NCBI GenBank assembly: GCA_943787745.1
Contig: CALSNJ010000005.1
Location: forward strand, 14,438 to 78,437
Source: an uncultured Alphaproteobacteria bacterium
GTDB lineage: Bacteria; Pseudomonadota; Alphaproteobacteria; UBA6615
Length of the DNA: 64,000 bases
Direction: 5' to 3'
The translations under genes were made by a program, and so were the position numbers. Under the pieces are notes generated by a model that saw only the letters and a program-made list of their open reading frames with translations, was not told the origin of the DNA and did not search any database. This document shows, piece by piece, positions 8,464-17,078 of this stretch. Within the stretch, counting starts at the first letter, position 1; each line of letters begins with the position of its first letter.

Positions 8464-9641
8464 TTTTTCAGTCGTCCTACATCGGATGGTGACAAATCGG
8501 TTTTGACTACGTCACATAACTCTTCTGCAATAACACCCGCCGCCATGCGTGACCCCGCTTCGTTGAAGTGTATCGCGTCAAACATGAAGTCGACGGATGG
8601 CGGAATTGCGCTGGCAAGTTCGATCACGGGCACGTCGAATTTCGCGGCGGTCTGGCGCACCGTATCGTTCATGCGGTCGAAACCATCGGTGAAGACGCTG
8701 TAGTCATCAATGGCGAAAACCTTGCGGTTGATGAAGTCGTGGATGTTGCTCGGCGCGCTTGCGAGATCTTCGGGCCAGCGGTCGGACATGGTCATCAAAA
8801 CGGGTTGAACGCCCCAGCTGCGCGCGGTGTGGATGAAGGTTTCCAGACTGCGTGAAAACTGGCTTGTGATCCGGTCCGTTTCAATATGTTTGGGGGTGCC
8901 CCAGCGGGTGGCTTGCGGGTCGGTCGACGGCGGCGGCGGTGTATCGCCCAGATGGTTGAGGAAGTTCGTGGTCCGTGGAACCAGCAGATAGGCCAGACGC
9001 GCAAACCGGTTCTCGGGTTCTTCAGGGCGAGTGGAGAAGGTGGTCAGAAGGGACCGTCCCGGATGGTCGTTTCAGTATGAGCCTTCATGGTGGAGCATCG
9101 CGTAGTCGTTGATGTTGTGCATCATGACGGCGATATCGGGCCGGTGCGGCAGGACCGTGTTCACAAATATGTTGAGCGAATGCATCGACGTGATGCCGCT
9201 GCGGCCCGCGTTGATCGTGTTGACGCGACTGTTGGTGCAGGCCTCGATTTCCTGACCGGCCAGGTGTGGGAACCGCGCCCTGGCCGGAACCAGGAAGTTC
9301 TCGGTTGTTGAGCCGCCAAGAAACGCGATGGTGAGATCGGGTTCGCCATGAACCCGGCCGGGCATGATGAACCCGTCGGCGTCCGTGTTGATGACGTAGT
9401 CACGCGCGGGGAGACCTTCGGTGCGGGCTTCGAGATATTCGGGCGGTGGTTTGGAGATATAGCGCGAGTTTGGCGGGAACAGCGGCAGCCGGATGGCCCG
9501 GTTCTCGCTGCCTTCATCCACCAGAAAGTAGCTCTGTCCAGCCGGCACGAAGCGAAGCGCCAGCTCGACCCCGACAATCAGCACCATCGCGATGGCAAAG
9601 GCCATCATCAGGCCTGTCACAAAATTACCAAACGCCTTCAT
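8460..9641 (-). pseudogene. membrane-anchored SGNH hydrolase interrupted by one in-frame TGA
   Basis: ORFs 9072..9641 (N-terminal TM helix, FLGGSTTE, NAGRSG, HNINDY) and 8460..8798 (DAIHFNEAG) are in the same frame. My manual translation of 8799-9071 found no other stop. The only interruption is TGA at 9072-9074 (EGSY*NDHPG). Confidence 0.6.
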
Positions 9642-10963
9642 GCCTGCGTGTCCGGTGCTGTTCGTGACAGGATCGCTGCGCGTTTGCGGATGCCATCGAG
9701 TATCGGCGTTGCGATTTCATCGGGAAAATTATCCGGGATCTGTCTGGCGGCGCGTGTGATGGCGCCCTCGGCGGTATTTGCCAGTTCGCGGCACATCTGT
9801 AAGGCCGTGTCGGGCGGCACGTCACATTGTTTTGCTGTCTGTGCCCAATGGCGTGGAAATATTTCATCGATGCGGTAATGACGGCTGGCTCCCACGGCCA
9901 TGGCGAGCTTGATGTCCTTGAACCGGAGTCCGCCCGCTGCAAGGGCGTGGTCGACGGAGAGAATATCGTAGAGCGGGGTTAGTCGAAAACTGTTGTTTGG
10001 GCGCAGGAAGATCGAGAAATTCTTGGCATGGCCGTCGGTGGCGGCCATCATCCAGAAGACGATCTGCGCGCGCAGAAAGGTCAGGCGGTCCTCGGTGTTC
10101 CGGTCAGAGGTCTTGAGCTGTTCCATGATGGCGGGAATGCCCGGGCCACCGGCGTTCTCGTATTTCTGTTCCGGGTAATAACCAAGTGACTGCAGAATGT
10201 CCTCCTGTGGGAGGCGGAGAATCCAGCTCCCGTCGCGTGACCACTGGCGGTCAAATCGGTGCACCACCAGGCAGGGCGTGCCGTCGAAGTCGGCCATTTC
10301 GCAGTCTGCAGTGGGGAGCCCGAATTCGCGTGCGAGCGTCATACACAGCCATTCGTTTTCCACACTGCGGGTCATATCGATCCCGTTGGATAGCATGCCG
10401 ATGGCCGGTTTGAGGATATGGGTTGTGGGAGTTGCGCCGCGTGGATGAAACCATTGCGGGCCCTGGCGGAGCAGGGCGGTCTTTTCCTGGGCCCCGGCGA
10501 TCGAGATCCGGAAGTCGGAATCCGGGTCGTAGCCGAGCGGGGCGCTGGCCAGACCGTTGAGAATTTCCGCGATGTCACGGTCCGGAACGGGTTCGGCTTC
10601 GATGATTCGGATATCGGGCGTGTCTTCGCCCGCGGGAATGAATTGGAGCGCTCCTACGCAATCGCGTCCCAGGCGGGCCAGGAGTGAAAAGGCATCCGTG
10701 CCACCCGCCCCGCTTCGTTCCGCGATGATGCGCCGAATTTCGGCGTTGTCGGGCAGAAGGTTTTCGAATACGGCGTTGACTTGATCTCCGATCCAGGGGC
10801 GTTCCTGTAACGGGAGAGAGAGGGACAGCGCGATAGCATTTTTCTGTTGCAGCCAGGTTTCTGCATAGCGGAATTCCATGCGCCCGCTTGAGGCGCGGAT
10901 GTACTGACCGACCAGCTGGCCGTTCATGGAGACGTCAAGGGCAAGACTTTTCGCGCGCGCCAT
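9638..10963 (-). CDS. hipA: HipA-family serine/threonine kinase toxin
   Basis: ATG at 10961-10963 (MARAKSLALDVSMNGQLVGQ). HipA N-terminal coupling region, ISIAGAQEKTAL loop and catalytic TDGHAKNFS motif are present. The TGA overlaps the ATG of the next gene. Confidence 0.85.
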   Translation of the reverse strand: MARAKSLALDVSMNGQLVGQYIRASSGRMEFRYAETWLQQKNAIALSLSLPLQERPWIGDQVNAVFENLLPDNAEIRRIIAERSGAGGTDAFSLLARLGRDCVGALQFIPAGEDTPDIRIIEAEPVPDRDIAEILNGLASAPLGYDPDSDFRISIAGAQEKTALLRQGPQWFHPRGATPTTHILKPAIGMLSNGIDMTRSVENEWLCMTLAREFGLPTADCEMADFDGTPCLVVHRFDRQWSRDGSWILRLPQEDILQSLGYYPEQKYENAGGPGIPAIMEQLKTSDRNTEDRLTFLRAQIVFWMMAATDGHAKNFSIFLRPNNSFRLTPLYDILSVDHALAAGGLRFKDIKLAMAVGASRHYRIDEIFPRHWAQTAKQCDVPPDTALQMCRELANTAEGAITRAARQIPDNFPDEIATPILDGIRKRAAILSRTAPDTQA

Positions 10964-10970
10964 GACGGGG

Positions 10971-11231
10971 TTAGACCATATCCTCGATATCGAACATGTC
11001 CGCATCGGCGCGTGGCCGTACCGTGAGTTCCAGATCGAGCGCGGTCAGTGCGTCTGTCAGCGTCCGGATTCGGCCCTTGCCGGATTCCAGATCACTGATC
11101 GTGGATTGGCGCAGGCCGGCCTTTCGGCCCAGTTCGGCCTGGGTCATGCCGCGCGCCAGACGTAGCCGGCTGATGGCATGGCCTAGTTGTTCGGGTGCGC
11201 GTGCGACCAGCTCGGTTGTGTTCTTAATCAC
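10971..11231 (-). CDS. hipB: XRE-family HTH antitoxin HipB
   Basis: 86-aa ORF with a GTG start preceded by GAGGG. HTH segment MTQAELGRKAGLRQSTISDLESGK. It lies immediately upstream of hipA. Confidence 0.8.
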   Translation of the reverse strand: MIKNTTELVARAPEQLGHAISRLRLARGMTQAELGRKAGLRQSTISDLESGKGRIRTLTDALTALDLELTVRPRADADMFDIEDMV

Positions 11232-11255
11232 GAGGCCCTCGGGGTTTTGATACTT

Positions 11256-11325
11256 ATACGGTTTTTCGTATTACGAGTAATTATACGAAAAACCGTATCA
11301 AGTCAACTTATACGAAAATCCGTAT
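11256..11325 (-). promoter_or_regulatory. hipBA promoter with three operator palindromes
   Basis: ATACG-N6-CGTAT occurs at 11256-11271, 11283-11298 and 11310-11325, with starts exactly 27 bp apart. Copy 1 is the exact reverse complement of the copy 2 core. On the minus strand, TTGACT (11301-11306) and TATAAT (11280-11285) are 15 nt apart and overlap operator 2. Confidence 0.6.
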
Positions 11326-11375
11326 ATTTTGGAAGCCCACCGTTCGGTCATCATCCCACAGCCAGGAATACCAAT

Positions 11376-11874
11376 ATGTCGGAAAACGCTCACGAACTCC
11401 TGCGCCCATGGGAGGATGTCTCTGCACAACGGTCCGGCTTCCAGACAGTCTGGCAGGAGATCGCGGACCATCTTCTCGGGCGGCACGATTTTTCGGCGCA
11501 GGGCGCGCCCGGTCGCAAACGGATGGCGCGTATCTATGACACGACGGGTTTGCAAGCGGCGGATTTGCTGTCGGCAGCGTTGCATTCCTTTCTGACCAAC
11601 CCGGCACTGCGTTGGTTTTCCCTACGGGCCGAAGATCAGAGACTTGCCGCAGACGAGGCGGTGCAGGAATGGTTGGGTGTTGTTGAAGATGCGCTCTATA
11701 CGGCCTTCAACGCACCGGATGCCAATTTTGCACCGCAAATTCATGAGGTCTATCTCGATCAGGTCGCGTTCGGGACCGCCGCGCTTTATATCGGCGACCG
11801 GCCGGGAAAAGGCTTGCTGTTTTCCGCGCGACCACTGGGTGAAATCCATGTGGCCGAGAATGCCGAAGGGCGTG
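11376..11874 (+). pseudogene. 5-prime fragment of a phage portal (head-tail connector) gene, truncated by IS insertion
   Basis: ATG at 11376 (MSENAHELLRPWEDV) with an AGGAA ribosome-binding site. The segment RIYDTTGLQAADLLSAALHSFLTNPALRWFSL resembles podovirus-type portal N-termini. The reading frame runs into the IS left inverted repeat at 11875. Confidence 0.55.
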
Positions 11875-11928
11875 TGTCCTTCCCCCCTAAAACTGGGCCA
11901 CTATTTTTAGAGACTGAAGGGGGATGTG

Positions 11929-12216
11929 ATGGCTCGGAAACGTTATTCGGATGAGGACATACTCAAGCTGCTGCGTGAGATTGAGGTGAAGCTGTCGACT
12001 GGCAGTGACGTGCCGTCGGCCTGTCGTGGCGTGGGTATTAGTGATGCCACTTACTACAACTGGCGCAAGCGGTTTGGCGGGATGGGGAAGTCTCAACTGT
12101 CGGAACTTCGCGCTCTTGAGAAAGAGAATGTGCGGCTGAAGAAGATCGTCGCGGAACTCGAACTCGATAAGCTGATCCTCAAGGAAAGCTTGACCCACCT
12201 GAAGCCCAGGGCCTGA
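11929..12216 (+). CDS. IS3-family transposase OrfA (HTH)
   Basis: MARKRYSDEDILKLL..., ISDATYYNWRKRFGGMG, then a leucine-zipper-like tail. Confidence 0.8.
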   Translation: MARKRYSDEDILKLLREIEVKLSTGSDVPSACRGVGISDATYYNWRKRFGGMGKSQLSELRALEKENVRLKKIVAELELDKLILKESLTHLKPRA

Positions 12217-12239
12217 CGACAGAGCAGGTCCGTCAGGCC

Positions 12240-13058
12240 GTGATCCATACGCGTCAGAAGCTCGCGACGTCAGAGAGACGGACATGCCGGGTGATCGGAC
12301 TGGCGCGCAGTTCTCTGCAATACCGACCGGCCCGGCGAGATGATGATGCTCTGCGATTGGCCCTGATCCGGCTGGCCAAGCAATACGGGCGCTACGGCTA
12401 TCGCAAGATAGCCGAACTGCTGCGCATCGAAGGTTGGAAGGTGAACCACAAGAAGGTTGAGCGGATCTGGCGCGAAGAAGGCCTTCAACTGCCGCAACGG
12501 CACAAGAAGCGCCGACGGCTCTACCACAAGGATGCTTCGATCATACGGCTGCGGCCAACCCATCCGAACCACGTCTGGAGCATCGACTTTGTACACGACA
12601 AGCTCGACAGCGGTCGGAGTTACAAGATGCTGACAGTTCTCGACGAGTACACCCGTCAGGCTCTAGCGGTCGCGGTTCGCACCAGGATGGGAGCTGAGGA
12701 TGTCCTTGAGGCGCTCTACCCGCTACTCATGCGCCACGGCACTCCAGAATATATCCGTTCCGACAATGGCCCCGAGTTCGTCGCGGAAGCGATGCAGGAC
12801 TGGTTGGCAAGGGTCGGGATCAAGCCTATCCGGATCTATCCCGGGTCACCCTGGGAGAATGGATACAACGAACGATTTAACGGAACTCTGCGCCGCGAGG
12901 TGCTCAACGCCGAATGGTTCACCACAACAAAGCAGGCCCAGATCGTCATCAACCAGTGGCTCAGACAGTACAATCACATCCGCCCACATCAGGCCCTCAA
13001 CATGCGCCCTCCTGTTCCAGAAACTCTAATCAGGAATGGCCCAGAACATGGGGGCTAG
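12240..13058 (+). CDS. IS3-family transposase OrfB (DDE/rve domain), probably made as an OrfAB fusion by -1 frameshifting
   Basis: rve-type motifs HVWSIDF, SDNGPEF and NERFNGTLRRE. The frame stays open upstream of 12240 and is -1 relative to orfA. I could not identify a slippery site. Confidence 0.8.
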   Translation: MIHTRQKLATSERRTCRVIGLARSSLQYRPARRDDDALRLALIRLAKQYGRYGYRKIAELLRIEGWKVNHKKVERIWREEGLQLPQRHKKRRRLYHKDASIIRLRPTHPNHVWSIDFVHDKLDSGRSYKMLTVLDEYTRQALAVAVRTRMGAEDVLEALYPLLMRHGTPEYIRSDNGPEFVAEAMQDWLARVGIKPIRIYPGSPWENGYNERFNGTLRREVLNAEWFTTTKQAQIVINQWLRQYNHIRPHQALNMRPPVPETLIRNGPEHGG

Positions 13059-13164
13059 ACAAGTTCCACAACGGCGACGATAGAGGCCGCAGGCGGGACA
13101 ATTGCAAAGATCGTGCGTGCGATTCGGCAGTAGATAGCGTTATACGGCCCAATTGAAATTTGCT

Positions 13165-13210
13165 GCCCGCACTCGCTCTGACATTCTCGGGGTCGGTGCG
13201 GGCTGTTTTT
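13165..13210 (+). terminator. orphan hairpin plus T-run (possible relic terminator)
   Basis: Stem gcccgcac (13165-13172) / gtgcgggc (13196-13203) with a long loop, then tgttttt. No intact + strand gene lies upstream outside the IS. Confidence 0.3.
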
Positions 13211-13306
13211 GTGTGACCCGCTCTTGCAACGGGGCAGCGTCTTGCCCAACCTGTCGCCGCCGGGGGCATGCTGTCCCAAAATCCGGGAAAGACCTGTGTA
13301 TTTGCG

Positions 13307-14761
13307 ATGATCGAACTGATTGTCATCTATTGGCCGTTGTTCACCACGGCTGTTGTCGGGATCGTCGCAATTGTCCTTGTCGGGTCTGTGATCCTCCACA
13401 AACGCGATGAAGGTGCCGCTATCGCCTGGGTTGGGCTGATTTTGCTCTCGCCGGTTGTCGGTGCTGTTGCCTACCTCCTGTTCGGGATCAATCGTATTCG
13501 TCGTCGGGCCGTGCGCACACGCGTTGGTTCGATCACCCCGGCGGATTGGAATCCGGCGCTGGATGCGAGCGAACCGTTGGTCGTTGGTGTTGACGCTTTG
13601 GAGGAAAATTCACCGGCTTTCATGAGACAACGTCTGCTCGATGCCCTTACGACCAATCCTCTGGTCTCCCGAAATACCGTTCGCGTTCTGCACAATGGTG
13701 ATGAAGCCTATGCGGCGATGCTGGAAGCCATCGATGGCGCTGCGCATTCGATTGCGCTGGCCTCCTACATATTCAAGTCCGACAAGATTGGTCGGGAGTT
13801 CGTGGCGCGCTTGGAAGCAGCCGAGGTCCGGGGTGTTGCAGTGAGGGTTCTGGTGGATGGTGCCGGAGAGATGTATTCGTTTCCGCACATCTCACGGTTG
13901 CTGCGTACCAATGCGATCCCGTTCGCCCGCTACCTGCATTCGTTCTGGCCCTGGCGGATGCCTTATCTCAACCTGCGCAACCATCGCAAAATCCTTGTGA
14001 TTGATGGCAAGGTTGGGTTCACGGGCGGCATCAACATCTCGCAGGCCAATCTGCTGAAAAGTGATCCTTCCCGTCCGGTCCGCGACCTTCATTTTGCTTT
14101 CGGGGGTCCCATCGTTTCGCAGCTGATGGAAAACTTCGCGGACGACTGGGCCTTTACCACACAAGAATTGCTCGACGGTGAGCGATGGTTCCCCGCCCCA
14201 GAAACCCAAGGCGAAGTGAAAGCGCGGGCTATTCCGTCCGGTCCTCACGAATCGATCGACCGGATGCGGTGGGTTTTGCATGCCGCTATATCTCAAGCGC
14301 GATCACGTATTTGCATCATGACCCCTTATCTTTTGCCCGACGAGATCCTGATTTCGGCACTTCGCCTGGCGGCCATTCGCGGTGTTCGTATCGACATCCT
14401 TATCCCCCAGCGCAGCAACCTTCGATTTGTTGACTGGGCTGCGCGCGCACGTTTGGACGAGCTTCTGGTCGACGGATGTCATATTTGGTTTGGGCCGCAC
14501 CCCTTCAATCATTCGAAATTGATGCTCGTGGATGAGGATTGGGCATTGGTGGGATCGTCCAACTGGGACCCCCGGAGTCTGCGTCTCAATTTTGAATTGA
14601 ATGTTGAGTGTCAGAGCCCAGTCCTCGTGCGTGAACTCCATGTCTGTTTCGAAGCCGAACGTGCGTCCGCGCGGGCGGTGACATTGGAGGATATGACACG
14701 TCGTTCGATGGCTGTGCGTCTTCGCGATGGCATCGCACGTCTGTTCTCACCTTATTTGTAG
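13307..14761 (+). CDS. cls: cardiolipin synthase (PLD superfamily)
   Basis: Two N-terminal TM helices and two HKD motifs (HRKILVIDGKVGFTGGINI and HSKLMLVDEDWALVGSSNWD). I prefer the start at ATG 13307 (MIELIVIYW). Confidence 0.85.
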   Translation: MIELIVIYWPLFTTAVVGIVAIVLVGSVILHKRDEGAAIAWVGLILLSPVVGAVAYLLFGINRIRRRAVRTRVGSITPADWNPALDASEPLVVGVDALEENSPAFMRQRLLDALTTNPLVSRNTVRVLHNGDEAYAAMLEAIDGAAHSIALASYIFKSDKIGREFVARLEAAEVRGVAVRVLVDGAGEMYSFPHISRLLRTNAIPFARYLHSFWPWRMPYLNLRNHRKILVIDGKVGFTGGINISQANLLKSDPSRPVRDLHFAFGGPIVSQLMENFADDWAFTTQELLDGERWFPAPETQGEVKARAIPSGPHESIDRMRWVLHAAISQARSRICIMTPYLLPDEILISALRLAAIRGVRIDILIPQRSNLRFVDWAARARLDELLVDGCHIWFGPHPFNHSKLMLVDEDWALVGSSNWDPRSLRLNFELNVECQSPVLVRELHVCFEAERASARAVTLEDMTRRSMAVRLRDGIARLFSPYL

Positions 14762-14839
14762 AAATCGGAAGCTGATCATGACTGACAGCGAGATCGTCGC
14801 CGAAGAGTTCTGGGCCCGAAAAGGCGATGTGATCTGTTC

Positions 14840-15685
14840 GTGTTTCGAAAACGACTTGCGGGGGCTGCGCAGCGTCCGCTTCTGTTTCTTGTACATGGCT
14901 CTTCGCTTTGTGCGCGTACAGGGTTTGACCTCGATGTGCCGGGCAAGCCGGGCTATTCGATGATGGACTGGTTTGCCGGGCGCGGATTCGATGTGTGGAC
15001 CATGGATCACGAGAATTATGGCCGCTCTTCGCGGACGGGATCGAACTCGGATATCAGCGGTGGTGCCGATGACCTGGAAGCCGCAATTCCCATCGTCTTG
15101 CGCGAATCCCGCGCGGAGAGGGTTCATCTTTTCGGTGCCTCGTCGGGTGCCCTGCGTGCGGGGCTTTTCGCAAACCGAAATGCGCACAAGGTCGCGTCGC
15201 TCGCGCTTGATGCCTTTGTCTGGACCGGTGAGGGGTCACCAACCCTCGCCAAGCGCCGAGAGAATCTAGATGCGTTCCGCCGTGAGCCGGTCCGCAGTGT
15301 GGATCGTGCGTTCTTTCATTCGATCTTCAATCGCGACAAAATTGGGCTTGTCGAGGATGGCGTTGCGGATGCATTCGCCGATGCCGAACTGCAATACGGC
15401 ACGACAATGCCAACCGGCACTTATCTGGATATGTGCGCAAACCTGCCGATTGTTGATCCGGCGCTCGTGACCTGTCCGGTTCTCCTGTTGAGAGGCGAGC
15501 ATGACGGAATTGCGACGGAGCGAGATGTAACCGAGTTCTTTCTGAAACTTGGCACGAGCGACAAGGAGTTGGTTGTCCTGCCGGGGCAGGCCCATGTGGG
15601 CGCCCTTGGTGTCAATCGTGAGAGACTGTTCAGCGTGCTTCTGGAGTTTTTGACACGTCCGGCACGCGTCGATGGGAAGGTCTAG
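14840..15685 (+). CDS. alpha/beta-fold hydrolase (N-terminus possibly frameshifted, may begin at 14778)
   Basis: HGSS oxyanion region, GASSG nucleophile elbow, C-terminal His region. An ATG at 14778 with a GGAAG ribosome-binding site opens MTDSEIVAEEFWARKGDV in another frame that would join at about 14830. Confidence 0.7.
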   Translation: MFRKRLAGAAQRPLLFLVHGSSLCARTGFDLDVPGKPGYSMMDWFAGRGFDVWTMDHENYGRSSRTGSNSDISGGADDLEAAIPIVLRESRAERVHLFGASSGALRAGLFANRNAHKVASLALDAFVWTGEGSPTLAKRRENLDAFRREPVRSVDRAFFHSIFNRDKIGLVEDGVADAFADAELQYGTTMPTGTYLDMCANLPIVDPALVTCPVLLLRGEHDGIATERDVTEFFLKLGTSDKELVVLPGQAHVGALGVNRERLFSVLLEFLTRPARVDGKV

Positions 15686-16704
15686 TAGGCGCGCTCGACA
15701 CAGAAATCGACAACATTCTCCAGGGCCGAACGGTATTCGTTGTCCGGAAGATCGGACAACGCGGCGCGTGCCGTGTCGGCGTATCCACGGGCCCGGATCA
15801 ATGTGTCCGAGAGTGCCTCACGGGCTGAGAGAATTTCGACCGCGCGCTCTAGGTCGCCATCGTTCTGGGAGCAGTCTTCCATTGTGCGTTTCCAGAAGGC
15901 GTGTTCTTCGTCATCGCCCCGGCGCATGGCCAGAACGACGGGAAGCGTGATCTTGCCCTCGCGGAAATCATCTCCGACACCCTTCCCGAATGACTCCTCT
16001 GTGGCAGCATAGTCGAGATAGTCATCGACCAGCTGGAACGCAATTCCGAGATTGGCGCCATAGCTCTCCAGAGCTTCCGTCGAGGATGTGCTGTGATCTG
16101 CGATCAAGGCACCGACCTCGCAGGCGGCGGCGAACAAGGCTGCCGTCTTGGACCGGATGACGAAGAGATAATCTTCTTCACTGGTTGCTGTGTCATTTGC
16201 CGTGATGAGCTGTGCGACTTCGCCTTCGGCGATAATCGCGCTGGCATTGGCAAGGATATCCAGCACTCGGATAGAGTCACTTTCCACCATCAGGCGAAAG
16301 GAACGGCTAAACAGGAAGTCCCCGACCAGCACGCTGGCCTGATTGCCCCAGACAGCATTGGCGGTCTCTCGCCCGCGCCGCAAATCGGATTCATCGACGA
16401 CATCGTCATGGAGCAGTGTGGCGGTGTGGATGAATTCAACGGCGGCAGCGAGCCCAATGTGCTTGTCGCCTTCGTATCCGCAAAGTCGCGCGCTTGCGAG
16501 CGTCAGCAGCGGTCGCAGGCGCTTGCCGCCGGCAGCAACAAGATGACCGGCGAGCTGGGGAATGAGGGGTACGTCCGACTGCATTCGATCGACAATGAGC
16601 TGATTGACCCGCGCCAGATCGGCTGCACAAAGTTTGCTCAGATTGTCGAGTGCGTTCGGTTTTGTCGTGGTACCGGATCCGGAAAGACGTGCGACAACGG
16701 CCAA
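15682..16704 (-). CDS. ispB: octaprenyl/polyprenyl diphosphate synthase
   Basis: Two Asp-rich motifs: LLHDDVVDESDLRRG and FQLVDDYLDY. Confidence 0.85.
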   Translation of the reverse strand: MAVVARLSGSGTTTKPNALDNLSKLCAADLARVNQLIVDRMQSDVPLIPQLAGHLVAAGGKRLRPLLTLASARLCGYEGDKHIGLAAAVEFIHTATLLHDDVVDESDLRRGRETANAVWGNQASVLVGDFLFSRSFRLMVESDSIRVLDILANASAIIAEGEVAQLITANDTATSEEDYLFVIRSKTAALFAAACEVGALIADHSTSSTEALESYGANLGIAFQLVDDYLDYAATEESFGKGVGDDFREGKITLPVVLAMRRGDDEEHAFWKRTMEDCSQNDGDLERAVEILSAREALSDTLIRARGYADTARAALSDLPDNEYRSALENVVDFCVERAY

Positions 16705-16847
16705 AATAAATCTCCAAAGAACAAGTGCGCCGGTGACTTTCTGACCGAGCGAGATTTCGCGGGCAAGCGCGCAGCGGGGAGCATATGATCTTTGCTCGGG
16801 TCGTCAAGTAACGCCCCGGTTAACAATGTAGAACAATCTGGTTTCCA

Positions 16848-17078
16848 ATGCGTGACGTACTGCGAACAAATGATCCTGTTGAACTGTCTCTGGCAATCGC
16901 GTTGCTGAAAGACGCAGATCTTGAGCATGTTGTCATGGACGGACATATCTCGGTGCTCGAGGGAACGATTGGTATCTTCCCGCGCCGTCTGATGGTGCTT
17001 GATGACGACTATCTACTGGCCAAAGATATTCTGATAGCGGCGGAAATCCTCGACTCTGCAACAGGTCCGAAGTCGTGA
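16848..17078 (+). CDS. DUF2007-like small protein
   Basis: 76-aa ORF transcribed divergently from ispB. The sequence pattern (DPVELSLAIALLKDADL...) and position match the conserved alphaproteobacterial neighbour of ispB. Confidence 0.55.
   Translation: MRDVLRTNDPVELSLAIALLKDADLEHVVMDGHISVLEGTIGIFPRRLMVLDDDYLLAKDILIAAEILDSATGPKS

Larger units (their letters stand above)
11875..13061 (+). mobile_element. IS3-family insertion sequence (IS407-like size), apparently intact
   Basis: Imperfect terminal inverted repeats: tgtccttcccccctaaaactgggcc (11875-11899) and ggcccagaacatgggggctagaca (13038-13061). orfA and orfB are in a -1 frame arrangement. Length is about 1.19 kb. Confidence 0.8.

Noticed and set aside
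9072-9074. Selenocysteine recoding of the in-frame TGA in the SGNH hydrolase.
   Set aside because: I can see no SECIS-like hairpin immediately downstream. SGNH esterases are not known selenoproteins. A TGG to TGA change or a base-call error is far simpler.
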